NCBI GenBank assembly: GCA_950097015.1
Contig: CATNEN010000025.1
Location: forward strand, 6,634,001 to 6,698,000
Length of the DNA stretch: 64,000 nucleotides
Direction: 5' to 3'
Source of the DNA: Macrostomum hystrix
Taxonomy: Eukaryota > Animalia > Platyhelminthes
The notes beneath the pieces were generated by a model. It searched no databases. It was not told the DNA's origin and worked only from the letters and a program-made list of their open reading frames with translations. Both the position numbers and the translations under genes were made by a program. Positions 25,701-37,437 of the stretch are shown here, piece after piece; the first letter of the stretch is position 1; each line of letters starts with the position of its first letter.

Positions 25701-28677
25701 TATCCTACATTCTAGGGTTTCTGAGCCCTGATATCCTACATTCTAGGGTTTCTGAGCCCTGGATATCCTACATTCTAGGGTTTCTGAGCCCTGATATCCT
25801 ACATTCTAGGGTTTCTGAGCCCTGATATCCTACATTCTAGGGTTTCTGAGCCCTGATATCCTACATTCTAGGGTTTCTGAGCCCTGATATCCTACATTCT
25901 AGGGTTTCTGAGCCCTGATATACTACAGTCTTGGGTTTCTGAGCCCTGATACCCTACAGTCTTGGGTTTCTGAGCCCTGATACCCTACAGTCTAGGGTTT
26001 CTGAGCCCTGGATATCCTACATTCTAGGGTTTCTGAGCCCTGATATCCTACATTCTAGGGTTTCTGAGCCCTGATATCCTACATTCTAGGGTTTCTGAGC
26101 CCTGATATCCTACATTCTAGGGTTTCTGAGCCCTGATATACTACAGTCTTGGGTTTCTGAGCCCTGATACCCTACAGTCTTGGGTTTCTGAGCCCTGATA
26201 CCCTACAGTCTAGGGTTTCTGAGCCCTGGATATCCTACATTCTAGGGTTTCTGAGCCCTGATATCCTACATTCTAGGGTTTCTGAGCCCTGATATACTAC
26301 AGTCCAGGGTTTCTGAGCCCTGATACCCAACAGTCTAGGGTTTCTGAGCCTTGATATACTACAGTCTAGGGTTTCTGAGCCCTGGATATCCTACATTCTA
26401 GGGTTTCTGAGCCCTGATATCCTACATTCTAGGGTTTCTGAGCCCTGATATACTACAGTCTAGGGTTTCTGAGCCCTGATACCCTACAGTCTAGGGTTTC
26501 TGAGCTCTGATATACTACAGTCTAGGGTTTCTGAGCTCTGATATACTGCAGTCTAGGGTTTCTGAGCCCTAGATATCCTACATTCTAGGGTTTCTGAGCC
26601 CTGATACCCTACAGTCTAGGGTTTCTGAGCCCTGATATACTACATTCTAGGGTTTCTGAGCCCTGATATCCTACATTCTAGGGTTTCTGAGCCCTGATAT
26701 CCTACATTCTAGGGTTTCTGAGCCCTGATATACAACATTCTAGGGTTTCTGAGCCCTGATATACTACAGTCTTGGGTTTCTGAGCCCTGATACCCTACAG
26801 TCTAGGGTTTCTGAGCTCTGATATACTGCAGTCTAGGGTTTCTGAGCCCTGGATATCCTACATTCTAGGGTTTCTGAGCCCTGATATCCTACATTCTAGG
26901 GTTTCTGAGCCCTGATATCCTACATTCTAGGGTTTCTGAGCCCTGATATACTACAGTCCAGGGTTTCTGAGCCCTGATACCCAACAGTCTAGGGTTTCTG
27001 AGCCTTGATATACTACAGTCTAGGGTTTCTGAGCCCTGATACCCTACAGTCTAGGGTTTCTGAGCTCTGATATACTGCAGTCTAGGGTTTCTGAGCCCTG
27101 ATATACTACAGTCTAGGGTTTCTGAGCTCTGATATACTACAGTCTAGGGTTTTTATTATCTTCCATTTAGAAGCAGTTGCTCACCTGAAAGTCCTGCGGC
27201 TTTGTGCTCAGCTTGGTCCGCGTCTTCCGCTTCGCCGCACCGCCGACATTTCGTTTACGACGCGACTTCTTGCCACCGCCGCCGCCTCCGCCGTCGGCCT
27301 GATCGCCGGCAGTCTCCTCTTCCTCTTCATCATCTTCTTCGTCGACTGTTTGACCGCCGCCGCCACCGCCTTGAGCGGAGTCTGTTGAGTCTATGGACAA
27401 ATGTCATTGCAGTTGCAGTTTTGTAAGATGAGGGGCTCACAACGTCATGGGACTAGAGCTACATCAACAACCGAGTTGGTCTTTCCATGAACCGCTAAAC
27501 ATCTGAGAACTAGAAATGCTCTTTGGCTAGACAGACAACAGAACTAAATAAGCTAATCAAGTTCAATGTCCACTTGTTCGCAATTTTCTGAAAGTTCAAA
27601 GGATTCGCACAACAAAAATACTAATTATTGGAGCTGTTTATTTATTACTTACAGTACATTCCGGTGCCTAAAAGATGAAGATTTAACTGGCTGAAGTACA
27701 CAATTATTGTCCAGGTATTGTTGGCTTTGAAAACTAAATTTTCATGCTTTCAGGAAAAAGCTGACGCATGAACTCACCTTTGCCTTTCGGTCCAGCGTAG
27801 ACAATCATCAGCTTGATGGTGGCCTAAAAATCACAGAGAATTAAAAATATAAAGCCTTTTATAAGCACCAGTTTTCGACAGGAACATGGCATCATCAAGG
27901 CTAATCGGCTACTAACCCCGATGGCTCGTTTATTTGAGTCCTGCAGTGGCGCGTTGACTTCCATTTCGGATTTGCCACCTTTGACCAGGTCTTTGAGTGC
28001 GATTTCACACATGCCAAGCAGCCTAAATAGTGTTTAGAAATATGTCTATCTGATTAATACCGTGCTCCACATAACGTGTTTCTTGAGTTCGAGCTCACTT
28101 GTCTGGTCCAATAGTCTCATGATCCTTGACTGTGACCGTGAGCTTGTCGTCCGCGCTGAGCGGCGGCCCGAGTTCGAGCTCGATTTTCTCCTTCCAAACT
28201 GGATTAAGATCATTGTCGATCACCTTCGTCTGACCCTTCAATCCTGGATCAAAATGAAAACGTTCGTATGGTGCATATGGTGTCAACTTTGTTAAATGCT
28301 GATCAAGATGATTAAATCGATGACTAATGTGCTGCATGGAAGAATAGGATATAAGTTTAGAACTCATTGCAGCAATTTTAATGATTAAAATTGAATCATT
28401 AATAGCAATATTGTATTAAAAATATTTTCATGTGCTCAAAAAGAAACTTCATTGGATTTTAAGGTATCATTTTTATTTCAGTTAAATTTATAGATTCATC
28501 TGAATTTAAATTCATTTTGTACAATCTAGAAACTAAATGTTGAGATTTTTTAATTATAAGAATTTTATAGTTACTTATACCTTTGATTTCCACAATGCAA
28601 AACGGATCACTTTCTCCAAAAGTATCAACATTTGGAAGATTCGCGGCACTGTCAACTGTGACGATGAGCTTCGACAT
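7772..28677 (-). CDS. Ferlin, myoferlin/dysferlin-like (C2A, C2B, FerI, C2C, FerA, FerB); 3'-partial, continues beyond the left edge
   Basis: Hand-spliced GT-AG exons in transcription order: 28677-28581, 28243-28099, 28022-27917, 27823-27778, 27390-27185, 19287-19093, 19003-18806, 18246-18117, 18033-17820, 17307-17231, 14721-14407, 13467-13265, 13186-13080, 11855-11660, 8983-8831, 7822-7772 (last exon less certain). All phases match, giving 813 codons. Motifs: C2[23 protein letters not shown]; C2[29 protein letters not shown]; Fer[13 protein letters not shown]; C2[23 protein letters not shown]; [34 protein letters not shown] (closer to DYSF/MYOF than to otoferlin); Fer[24 protein letters not shown]. 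Confidence 0.93.
8057..8427. repeat. 34-35 bp minisatellite, about 11 copies (ferlin intron 15)
   Basis: Unit CTCACAGATGGACTGGGG(GT)CATGGAGTAGAGT(GG/AA). Confidence 0.92.
9471..11547. repeat. 17-bp minisatellite, about 120 copies (ferlin intron 14)
   Basis: Unit CACAAGG(C/A)TACAACCT(CTT/CAT/GTT); source of the 650- and 698-aa repeat ORFs. Confidence 0.96.
11993..12995. repeat. 19-bp minisatellite, about 52 copies (ferlin intron 13)
   Basis: Unit TACTGTCACATCAGACA(T/A)A. Confidence 0.95.
13511..14338. repeat. 20-22 bp minisatellite, about 38 copies (ferlin intron 11)
   Basis: Unit GACACCTCAAAACTGTTTGAAA with variants. Confidence 0.95.
14761..16292. repeat. 21/22-bp minisatellite, about 70 copies (ferlin intron 10)
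   Basis: Unit ATGTATACCACTCTCAAC(C/T)GA(A). Confidence 0.96.
17417..17700. repeat. About 86-bp degenerate tandem repeat, 3.3 copies, each with a CCAAT box (ferlin intron 9)
   Basis: CACTGATTGGCTGGA at 17421, 17508, 17594 and 17679; CCAGAATGGAG in three units. Confidence 0.8.
18293..18793. repeat. 15/17-bp composite minisatellite filling ferlin intron 7
   Basis: Alternating CACCCAAGACAGACA and CACCCAGGACAGACGGA units. Confidence 0.93.
19361..19927. repeat. 21-bp minisatellite, about 27 copies (3' end of ferlin intron 5)
   Basis: Unit ATCGACCGATCCCACTGCCTT, with variants changing gradually along the array. Confidence 0.94.
20801..23227. repeat. Bipartite minisatellite: about 25 copies of a 42-bp unit, then about 27 copies of a 47-51 bp unit (ferlin intron 5)
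   Basis: 42-bp ACAGGTAAGACTCGGGAGTCTATTAGGTGACACACCTGTCTA switching near 21860 to ACAGGTCTAACAGGTGAGAGCCATGTTTCTATTAGGTGACACACCTGTCTA. Confidence 0.96.
24415..24745. repeat. 14-bp CT-rich minisatellite (ferlin intron 5)
   Basis: Unit ACCCTGTTTCTCTC with variants. Confidence 0.88.
25300..27151. repeat. 31-bp minisatellite, about 60 copies (5' end of ferlin intron 5)
   Basis: Unit TCTAGGGTTTCTGAGCCCTGATATCCTACAT. Confidence 0.95.
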
Positions 28678-29865
28678 AATGCGCTTTTATGTAAACAGTA
28701 TGAAAATATATATTACATGTTGCTAAAATCTGGATTTGTGGAACTAAAAACTAGCCGATTCTAGGCAAGATCGAGTCTCCTGTTGTACTGCCGCGCGACA
28801 AACAAACAGATTTGAAAAACCGGGATAATAAAGAGTTCATGCAAACGAAAACATTTAAACAAAATTAAAGCCATCACATAAGTAAACTATTTATATTATA
28901 TTAAAAGCACTCTAAAAGCATGTACTATTTATAGAAGTATGTAGCTTTTTAATACTTTTTATTCTAAATCGCACAGACTGCTAGACGACAAATCAAGTAA
29001 TTAGCTCCACCCAAAGAAATTAGGTCAATTCCGCCATAAATTCTGCGCTTGCCTATCCCAAAGTTCTAAGCTACAGTGTGATATTTTCGCTGCTGAGATA
29101 GGAGCTAAATATCAAACTTATCTTCGAGAGCATTTTAGTACGACAACCTTAACGTTTTTTCGATTTCGATTAGGCGTATAAAAAACGTTTTGTTTAAAAA
29201 GACAAGAAAAACTAATAAATTGACATTTTTGAAATCATGTGCAGTATATTGAGCTCTTATCAAAGACTGCAAGTATGTAGGCTAACGAAGTGCTACTTGT
29301 GGTCTTCGGCTCATATATTTATGATAGTAAAACACAGCATATCCAGACTCTTCAAAATAAGACGATCAAAATTTTCATTCACAGTTTTTTATCGACGAAT
29401 TATGGGATTACAAGGTGCTCGCTTTATGCTCGAAATAATATAATTATATAACATACTCTTACACACACTACTAGTAATAAATAACTAACCATATGTATAG
29501 GTAATAATCAACATATTATAGAAAGCTTTTAATTCCAATGCATTTCGTCCACTAAAGACATCGCATCAGCTAGGGCTTGTGGATTTATTAGAAAAAATGT
29601 TGTTTAAATATATTCTGATTTGAAAAAATGTAATTATAGAGTCTGCGTAGAGACATGTAGAGACATAAATAAATAAACGCATATTGTTGGGTACATAAGT
29701 TTGGTTGAAAAAATCGCTGGTAGAAATCAAATCGGTCCAGTCTGGCTTTTTCAGCGAGCAAAAAAAGTTAAAGCTTTACGGCTAGCACCCCCATGGTGAG
29801 CAGACATTATGCCACTTTTTTAATGAAAAACATATAGGACGAGCAGTAATTCCCAGTGTTTTTAA

Positions 29866-29903
<38 letters not shown>

Positions 29904-30464
29904 TCAAAAAATCTGTGCACTAAAGACGAGAAGGCAAAGGTATGTTTAATGTTTTAATTTAAACATTAAATTGCATATTGAATACTGTGTATTATATCAA
30001 CTGAAGCAATCATGGAAACTTCAGTTAGAAAAAACGAAGCTAGCTACGATTTTTTTAGAACCAATCGTGCTAAATGAAAAACATCGCTTACAGTATAAGG
30101 GGCGATTAGGCTAGGCTATTTGCGAACTGTACATTGGAGAGAGAAACTGATAACAGAGCTAGCGTTGCGTACATTGCCGCCTGAATATCCATCCATATTG
30201 CCCCAGCCAATCGGAGCAAGCCTAGTGTTGAGAACTGACGCGCTAAGTCGCTTGTCACCCACCGCCGCGTGGGCCCCCACTTACAACAGTTTTTTCATAT
30301 CACAAATTTTAACTACAAAGGCCTTTTTACATTTTGAAGTGGATGACATTTTAGTAATTGCAGGTCTGAGCCATCTCACTTTGACTTGAAACGCACCCGA
30401 CTCCTGATAATAAGCGTCTGCAATCGGACAAAATTTCTTTTAACTTTACCACGCTCAGTGCATC

Positions 30465-33400
30465 ATGATAGTCACTGCAAACGGCTCTATCGGCATGTTC
30501 CTGGCCTCGCCGACTGCTAGACCAGTTGCCACGGCGGCACCTTTGATCTATTGCGGCCCAGCGATGCCGCCAGCAGCTGCAGTCAGGCGGCTGCCATTGA
30601 CATCTGTGACAATGCCACCCCCGCCGATTCCAATCGCGCATCCGCAGCAGCAGCAGCAGCACTGCCGGCCCCCTCAGCAGCAGAGTCAAAATCGCGGCCA
30701 GCCTCAGCAGAAAAGAGCGCCTGCAGTCACAACTGCCCCCCTGATGACTTCAGCCACCGACTCCGCCTACGCATCCCAATACGCATCCAGGTACGCATCT
30801 GCGGTACCATCTGGCGCCGCTAGCCGCTCCGTCTCTCCGGTGAGGTCGGCGGCAAGACAGCAGCAGCCACCAGTGCCCCAAGTACAACGTCAGTCGCATC
30901 AATCCAAGAGGCATTTGCCACAGCAGCCGCTGCTGACCAATCAGCCTCTTAATTCGCATCAGTCGCGTATTCCGAGTAAGCAGTTTGGTATTCTCCGCCT
31001 TTATTGATACCTATACTAGTCTTTGACATGTAACAAGCAACTCGTTTGTTAAACAGGTGGCTTATCTTATCTGACAGGTAGCTCTCTTATCAAACAGGTA
31101 GCTCTCTTATCTGACAGGTAGCTCTCTTATCTGACAGCTAGCTCTCTTATCAAACAGGTAGCTCTCCTATCAAACAGGTAGCTCTCCTATCAAACAGGTA
31201 GCTCTCTTATCTGACAGGTAGCTCTCTTATCTGACAGGTAGCTCTCTTATCAAACAGGTAGGTCTCTTATCTGACAGGTAGGTCTCTTATCTGACAGGTA
31301 GGTCTCTTATCTGACAGGTATCTCTCTTATCTGACAGGTAGCTCTCCTATCAAACAGGTAGCTCTCTTATCTGACAGGTAGCTCTCTTATCAAACAGGTA
31401 GCTCTCCTATCAAACAGGTAGCTCTCTTATCTGACAGGTAGCTCTCTTATCAAACAGGTAGCTCTCTTATCTGACAGGTAGCTCTCTTATCTGACAGGTA
31501 GCTCTCTTATCAAACAGGTAGCTCTCTTATCTGACAGGTAGCTCTCTTATCTGACAGGTAGCTCTCTTATCAAACAGGTAGCTCTCCTATCAAACAGGTA
31601 GCTCTCTTATCTGACAGGTAGCTCTCTTATCTGACAGGTAGCTCTCTTATCAAACAGGTAGGTCTCTTATCTGACAGGTAGGTCTCTTATCTGACAGGTA
31701 GGTCTCTTATCTGACAGGTAGCTCTCTTATCAAACAGGTAGCTCTCCTATCAAACAGGTAGCTCTCTTATCTGACAGGTAGCTCTCTTATCAAACAGGTA
31801 GCTCTCCTATCAAACAGGTAGCTCTCTTATCTGACAGGTAGCTCTCTTATCAAACAGGTAGCTCTCTTATCTGACAGGTAGCTCTCTTATCTGACAGGTA
31901 GCTCTCTTATCAAACAGGTAGCTCTCTTATCTGACAGGTAGCTCTCTTATCTGACAGCTAGCTCTCTTATCAAACAGGTAGGTCTCTTATCTGACAGGTA
32001 GGTCTCTTATCTGACAGGTAGGTCTCTTATCTGACAGGTAGCTCTCTTATCTGACAGGTAGCTCTCCTATCAAACAGGTAGCTCTCTTATCTGACAGGTA
32101 GCTCTCTTATCAAACAGGTAGCTCTCTTATCTGACAGGTAGCTCTCTTATCAAACAGGTAGCTATCTTATCTGACAGGTAGCTCTCTTATCTGACAGGTA
32201 GCTCTCTTATCAAACAGGTAGCTCTCTTATCTGACAGGTAGGTCTCTTATCTGACAGGTAGCTCTCTTATCAAACAGGTAGGTCTCTTATCTGACAGGTA
32301 GCTCTCTTATCAAACAGGTAGCTCTCTTATCTGACAGGTAGCTCTCTTATCTGACAGGTAGCTCTCTTATCTGACAGGTAGCTCTCTTATCAAACAGGTA
32401 GCTCTCTTATCTGACAGGTAGCTCTCTTATCAAACAGGTAGCTCTCTTATCTGACAGGTAGCTCTCTTATCTGACAGGTAGCTCTCTTATCTGACAGGTA
32501 GCTCTCTTATCAAACAGGTAGCTCTCTTATCTGACAGGTAGCTCTCTTATCTGACAGGTAGCTCTCTTATCAAACAGGTAGCTCTCTTATCTGACAGGTA
32601 GTTGCGTTATCTAAAAGGTAGATCTGTAATCTAAAAATTTCTTGTAATTAGATGCTGTCAACAAAAAGAACTATCCTGCATTTGTTATTGTGAAATTCGG
32701 AGCGTGCTTTTTTCCTAAATTTTTTGTTTGATCGCATACGCAGACTCATCCGTAACCGCTGCGGCTGCCACCTCTGACTCAAGCTACGCGTCGCGCACCG
32801 TCTCCGCGCTGCACAGTAGGGCCACATCGCCTAGCAGCTGCTCACGAATCCGTCTATCGTCAGCCACGACAGTTGCTTCTGCAGCAGCTTCCGGTGCAGC
32901 TTCCGCCGCTGCTTCCGCGATGGTCTCTGCAGCGCAGTCTCGCCGAGCCTCGCGAGCTGTTTCCCCTACAAGGTGCGCTTATAAAAACTTGCGGTCGCTG
33001 GCAGCTTCCCTATCTAACTGGTAGCTTCCCTATCTAACTGGTAGCTTCCCTATCTTACTTCTAACTGGTAGCTTCCCTATCTGGCTGCTAGCTTCCCTAT
33101 CTAACTGGTAGCTTCCCTATCTGGCTGCTAGCTTCCCTATCTAGCTGCTAGCTTCCGTATCTAACTGGTAGCTTCTCTGTTTAACTGGTAGCTTCCCTAT
33201 CTAACTGGTAGCTTACATATCGTACTAGTAGCTTCCCTATCTAGCTGCTGGCTTCCGTATCTAACTGGTAGCTTCTCTGATTACCTGGTAGCTTCCCTAT
33301 CTAACTGGTAGCTTCCCCATCTTACTGGTGGCTTCCCAATTTTTGGTAGTTTCCTTCTCTACAGATTGCTTCTTAGTTTTTAATATTTTCCAGCAGGAAG

Positions 33401-34324
33401 ATTGTTTCTTATTGGCTAAAGCTATCTAAATTAAAGTAAAAAAGCTGAAAAACTATATGTAGCATGTATCGTTCCTTATTTTGCGCAAATTCTTCAAGCC
33501 CCTAGAATCATGTAGCAGAAATCTGTGCTGAAACTCCTCCTGCAGGCCCACCAGTCAGAGGGCTTCGCCCTACGCCGTGGTACTGCCGCGCGGCCAAACC
33601 CGCCTGCTGGACGAAGCCGCCGCAGCCCAGCTGTGCCGTCGCAGTCTTCGCGAGGAGCTGGACAGCGCCGTACGCTGGCTCGGCGCCCTCGACTGGAGCA
33701 GCGCAGCCGCTTTTGAGGCCGCCTCAGACGAAGCCGCCGTCATGGAGGACGAGTTTCGCAGCAGCTACGACCGCGAGCCACCGCCCGTGGCCTCCGCCGA
33801 CTCGACGGCCATTGTCAGCCAGGAGGAGGCCGAGAGCCACATCGTGCTGGCCGACACCCTGCTGTCTATGGTAGAAGCCGCCTGGTCGGATTGCAGCGAC
33901 CAAGAGGGCGATCATGAGCTGCGCATCGGCGGCAAGGCTGTGCAGGTGGCTACTGTGCATGCTTTTTAGAGAATCTAAGCACGTGTCATTCTTAAGCCAA
34001 TCAAATAAGATGTAATTTAATTGCCTCGAAACTTCACATCAGTCCAACATCACACCTAAATACACCCAGGCCCAGCAGCGTTGCAGCAAGCCAAAGAAGG
34101 AGGATGCAATCTACAATGTGCGCTACAAGACCCTGCCATGTTTGCACTGGCAGAAGAACAGGACCTGCCCAGCTGGTGACCACTGCCACTTTGCGCACGG
34201 CCCACAGGAGCTGCGCCAACCGCAGCGGCATCCGAAATTCAAGACGCAAGTCTGCCAGAACTACAAGCGAACCGGCAGCTGCGTGTTTGGTAGCCGCTGC
34301 TTTTTTAAGCACACTGACGAGTAA
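30465..34324 (+). CDS. TTP/TIS11 (ZFP36)-type tandem CCCH zinc-finger RNA-binding protein with a long low-complexity N-terminus, about 464 aa
   Basis: Exons 30465-30975, 32744-32972, 33546-33945 and 34070-34324, with intron phases 1/2/0 all matching. C-terminal RYKTLPC-x8-C-x5-C-x3-H, an 18-aa linker (GPQELRQPQRHPKFKTQV), then C-x8-C-x5-C-x3-H: the exact TTP-family spacing. The zinc-finger exon is near certain; the upstream exons rest on splice-phase consistency. Confidence 0.82.
31041..32605. repeat. 20-bp minisatellite, about 78 copies (CCCH gene intron 1)
   Basis: Unit GTAGCTCTCTTATC(TG/AA)ACAG. Confidence 0.96.
33001..33345. repeat. 20-bp minisatellite, about 17 copies (CCCH gene intron 2)
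   Basis: Unit GTAGCTTCCCTATCTAACTG. Confidence 0.9.
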
Positions 34325-37300
34325 CGGACTAGGCTATGTGGGCTCATTTAACTTTCCATCCAATCAGCGCCTCGTTTCGGGTCAGGAAAGTAAATAGATT
34401 TCTAGCCAATCAGCGACGCTCAAAATGTTAGAAAAGTAGACAAACTTTTGCAGCCAATACGCGGCTTTCGAAGGATTAAAATGTTTTTCTAACCCAAAGC
34501 ATAGCTGAACAAAGCGCTGCTTGTTGTCTATCGGTATCTGTTAGTTGCTGTTGCTGCACTTTTTAATAATCGCACCAATAATATGCGCATGTGAGTGCGA
34601 CACCGATGCAAAACTCTTTTATCTTATTTAGAGCGCTTCTATATAAAAATATTAATTATCTTTACCTATCTAATAATAATTTGCAATTGTCGGAATCAAA
34701 TTTTTAATTAGCTTGCCATAGTTCAATTTGTACATCTTTGCTTTGTCTTTATAAGGGCAAATGTTCCTTTTTTAATGCAACAAATTTCTCTCATCGTCAC
34801 CATTTCGCTTTCCTGTCCTCTTTTGACTTTTATGGATGAAAATTGATATTTTCGCAAGCCATCTTCTCATATCTATGAATATTTTATTGTGTTTTACTGA
34901 CTTGCTCACTCTTCAGAGTCCCATAGCTCTTTACACATAGCGTGCAGTGCAATGCTTTAAACCGATTGCAGCTCTGACAGTTCGTGTTCCACAATTCCCA
35001 AGCCAGCTTCGTTGGCTTAAATACAATACACTTCGCCTGGCTTGTCGAAAGAAATTGAGTAAAACAAAAAATCTATTCGCAAAATTTAAATCTTTCCGCT
35101 TCGAAGACTGCTAATTGTAGAATAAAATGACCGGAAACTATTTTTACTACTTTTCGAAGTCTCCACTACTACCCTCATGCGAATATTTCTGTAGGAACCG
35201 GACTTGTCTTCTTTACCTAGCTCGTAATTTGGATGGTACTTTAAACTATACTTTGCTTAGCCGAGTAAATTGGGGCGTAGAACAGCAAAATAAAAATTCC
35301 ACTGACCCCCGAGCACACAGCTGTGTGTACATCTGTCCTGACTTCTATCATCAGGCGGTGTACACTCCATGTGACTTGCAGGGGAGTAAATTGTACGACT
35401 GGGGTTCCTCTCATTTCGCCGAAAAAAACATCTAGACATTTGACCATAGACAGCTGCACTAATTCAAGTGTGATATAGATGTCTATGGCTTGAAAACTTA
35501 TAGCTAAAGTTATCGATTCCTCTTTCTGCATAGTCTATGGTAAAAAGTCTAGTCTATAGTGTATAGTGTAGATTATGTTTCGATTTCTAACTGCTTGAGT
35601 TATACGAGCGAAGGTCCAGTATTAATTTTTTAAAACAGATTGCAAATGCGAAATACAAAAATGCCAATTTAATGGAAGGGAATAAGTATGTGGCCTTTAT
35701 TTCATTGACTTCTGAGTTAAAAGTTAAGACTAATGCCTAGGTAAACTAACAAAATTAAGCTGTAATAAGGCTATGGTAGACAACTACAATATTGATTCTT
35801 AATAGTAGGGCTACCAAGCCATTTTGCCGCCCGTTTTTATACCAAGAGGGGAATTCCTCCCCTGAAATTCTTTTTGGCAGCGCCTGAATGCTAACAGCGT
35901 TGGGTGGTGACTGATTGGTTGACAGACTAGGCGATGGTGTCCTGTGGTTGAGCTGCGCCTAATATTTAGGCTTGATCAGTGAAATTGGTGAAATTCGTGT
36001 CAGGGTGTCCATTGTGGCCTAGTTCCACCTGTTGTAGCCCTTGAAGGTCCAGCAAATCCGTCTAGATAAGGTAGGTGACCATCGAAGACGGAGATGATGC
36101 AGGCACACTCGGGTGACATGCTGATTAATTTTGAAGGCCTGGCAAGGCCGCACTGAGGCGCAGTGCTAATTCGTGTATAGGGGTGTATGAAATACACTAG
36201 CGCTTATGGGAATGATCTGACATTCGGTCAGAAATATTGAATATCTCGACGATCTGAAGAGCTGGCGACTTGATTCTTGTTTCAGCGGATGCAGCAACAA
36301 AGAGTTGGCCCGTGTTCTTGAGTTTGCTACAAATTTGTCAGTTGTCAGTTGCCATAGTAGAGTTTGTAATGTGAACATTTACGAGTATATTTAAATAATA
36401 TAAATTATCATTACTAAATGATGCTCTCATCTTTCAACTTCGAAATTATTCACAACAGAGCAAAAAGCAGATAAAAAACATGAACAAAACTGCCTACGGC
36501 CTGGGCATTTCCAATTTCAAGGAGGGAAGTAGGAGATCTAAATAAAGGAATTAGGAAAAACAAACAAACAAATTAATTTTCACAGGTTGTAATAATCTCC
36601 CCTTCCTTTCGGGTGATGATCCAGGGCGACCGGTAAGGGACTTGGTCGTTAAAAAGTATTGATCGATGCGGCTATAGAATAACAAAACAACTGCACAACA
36701 ACAAGCCAATTGTATTTACACAGGGAGAACAAGATTTTAATGAAAAGTGCAGCCGTTAATCAAAGTATCATGAAAAACTGCTAATGCATAGGGAGCATAC
36801 GGAAATGGAAAACTGTTCAGCGAAATCAAAACGATGCATGAAATTGAGGTCTGCTTAGAGAATAAATTAACAATTCTAAATTATAGATTTGTTAAAGAAT
36901 GTTGTTAAATCCGTAGAGGTCTGAGAGATGCATTTTACTGCGCCCAACTTAACTTTACTAAACTGTGCTAGATAGACTACTCACACATACATTTTTAGTA
37001 GTATGATTCAGGCGCGAGTGAAAAATTGTCTCGCTATGTCAAAATTTATGTTTTAAATAGAAGTATTTAATATAATTTAGCTCAGTTTTAGTAGCTAGAA
37101 GGTTTGAAACCAAGCAACACAAAGGTATTTAGTAGACATGTGGACATTGAGACAAATGCAGGCCAGTTTCAACAGGGATTATAGGGAAATGTAATAACGA
37201 GTCGGAAACTACACTGAGATACAAGAAAAAGGCAATAAAAAATGAGAACTGGGATGAGTGTCGGAGAACGGGATTTTTATTTTAACATAAATAAATACGA

Positions 37301-37437
37301 GACATTAAGACACATAGGCCTCGATATTGACAAACAAAACATAAAATATGGTAACAATAGACAGAGTACGTGAAATTCGGATCATTGCTAAAATCTAATT
37401 GGCTGTTTAAGAGCCTTTTATGATTCGGTTTAGTTAG

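Noticed and set aside
25300-27151. TAGGGTTT as an interstitial telomeric repeat
   Set aside because: One partial motif per 31-bp unit; no tandem TTAGGG or TTTAGGG.
35127-36378. Short ORFs between the CCCH gene and the groucho 3' region
   Set aside because: No recognisable motifs or consistent splice structure.
36605-36690. Possible box C/D snoRNA (GTGATGA plus hairpin)
   Set aside because: No box D CTGA at a suitable distance and no terminal stem.
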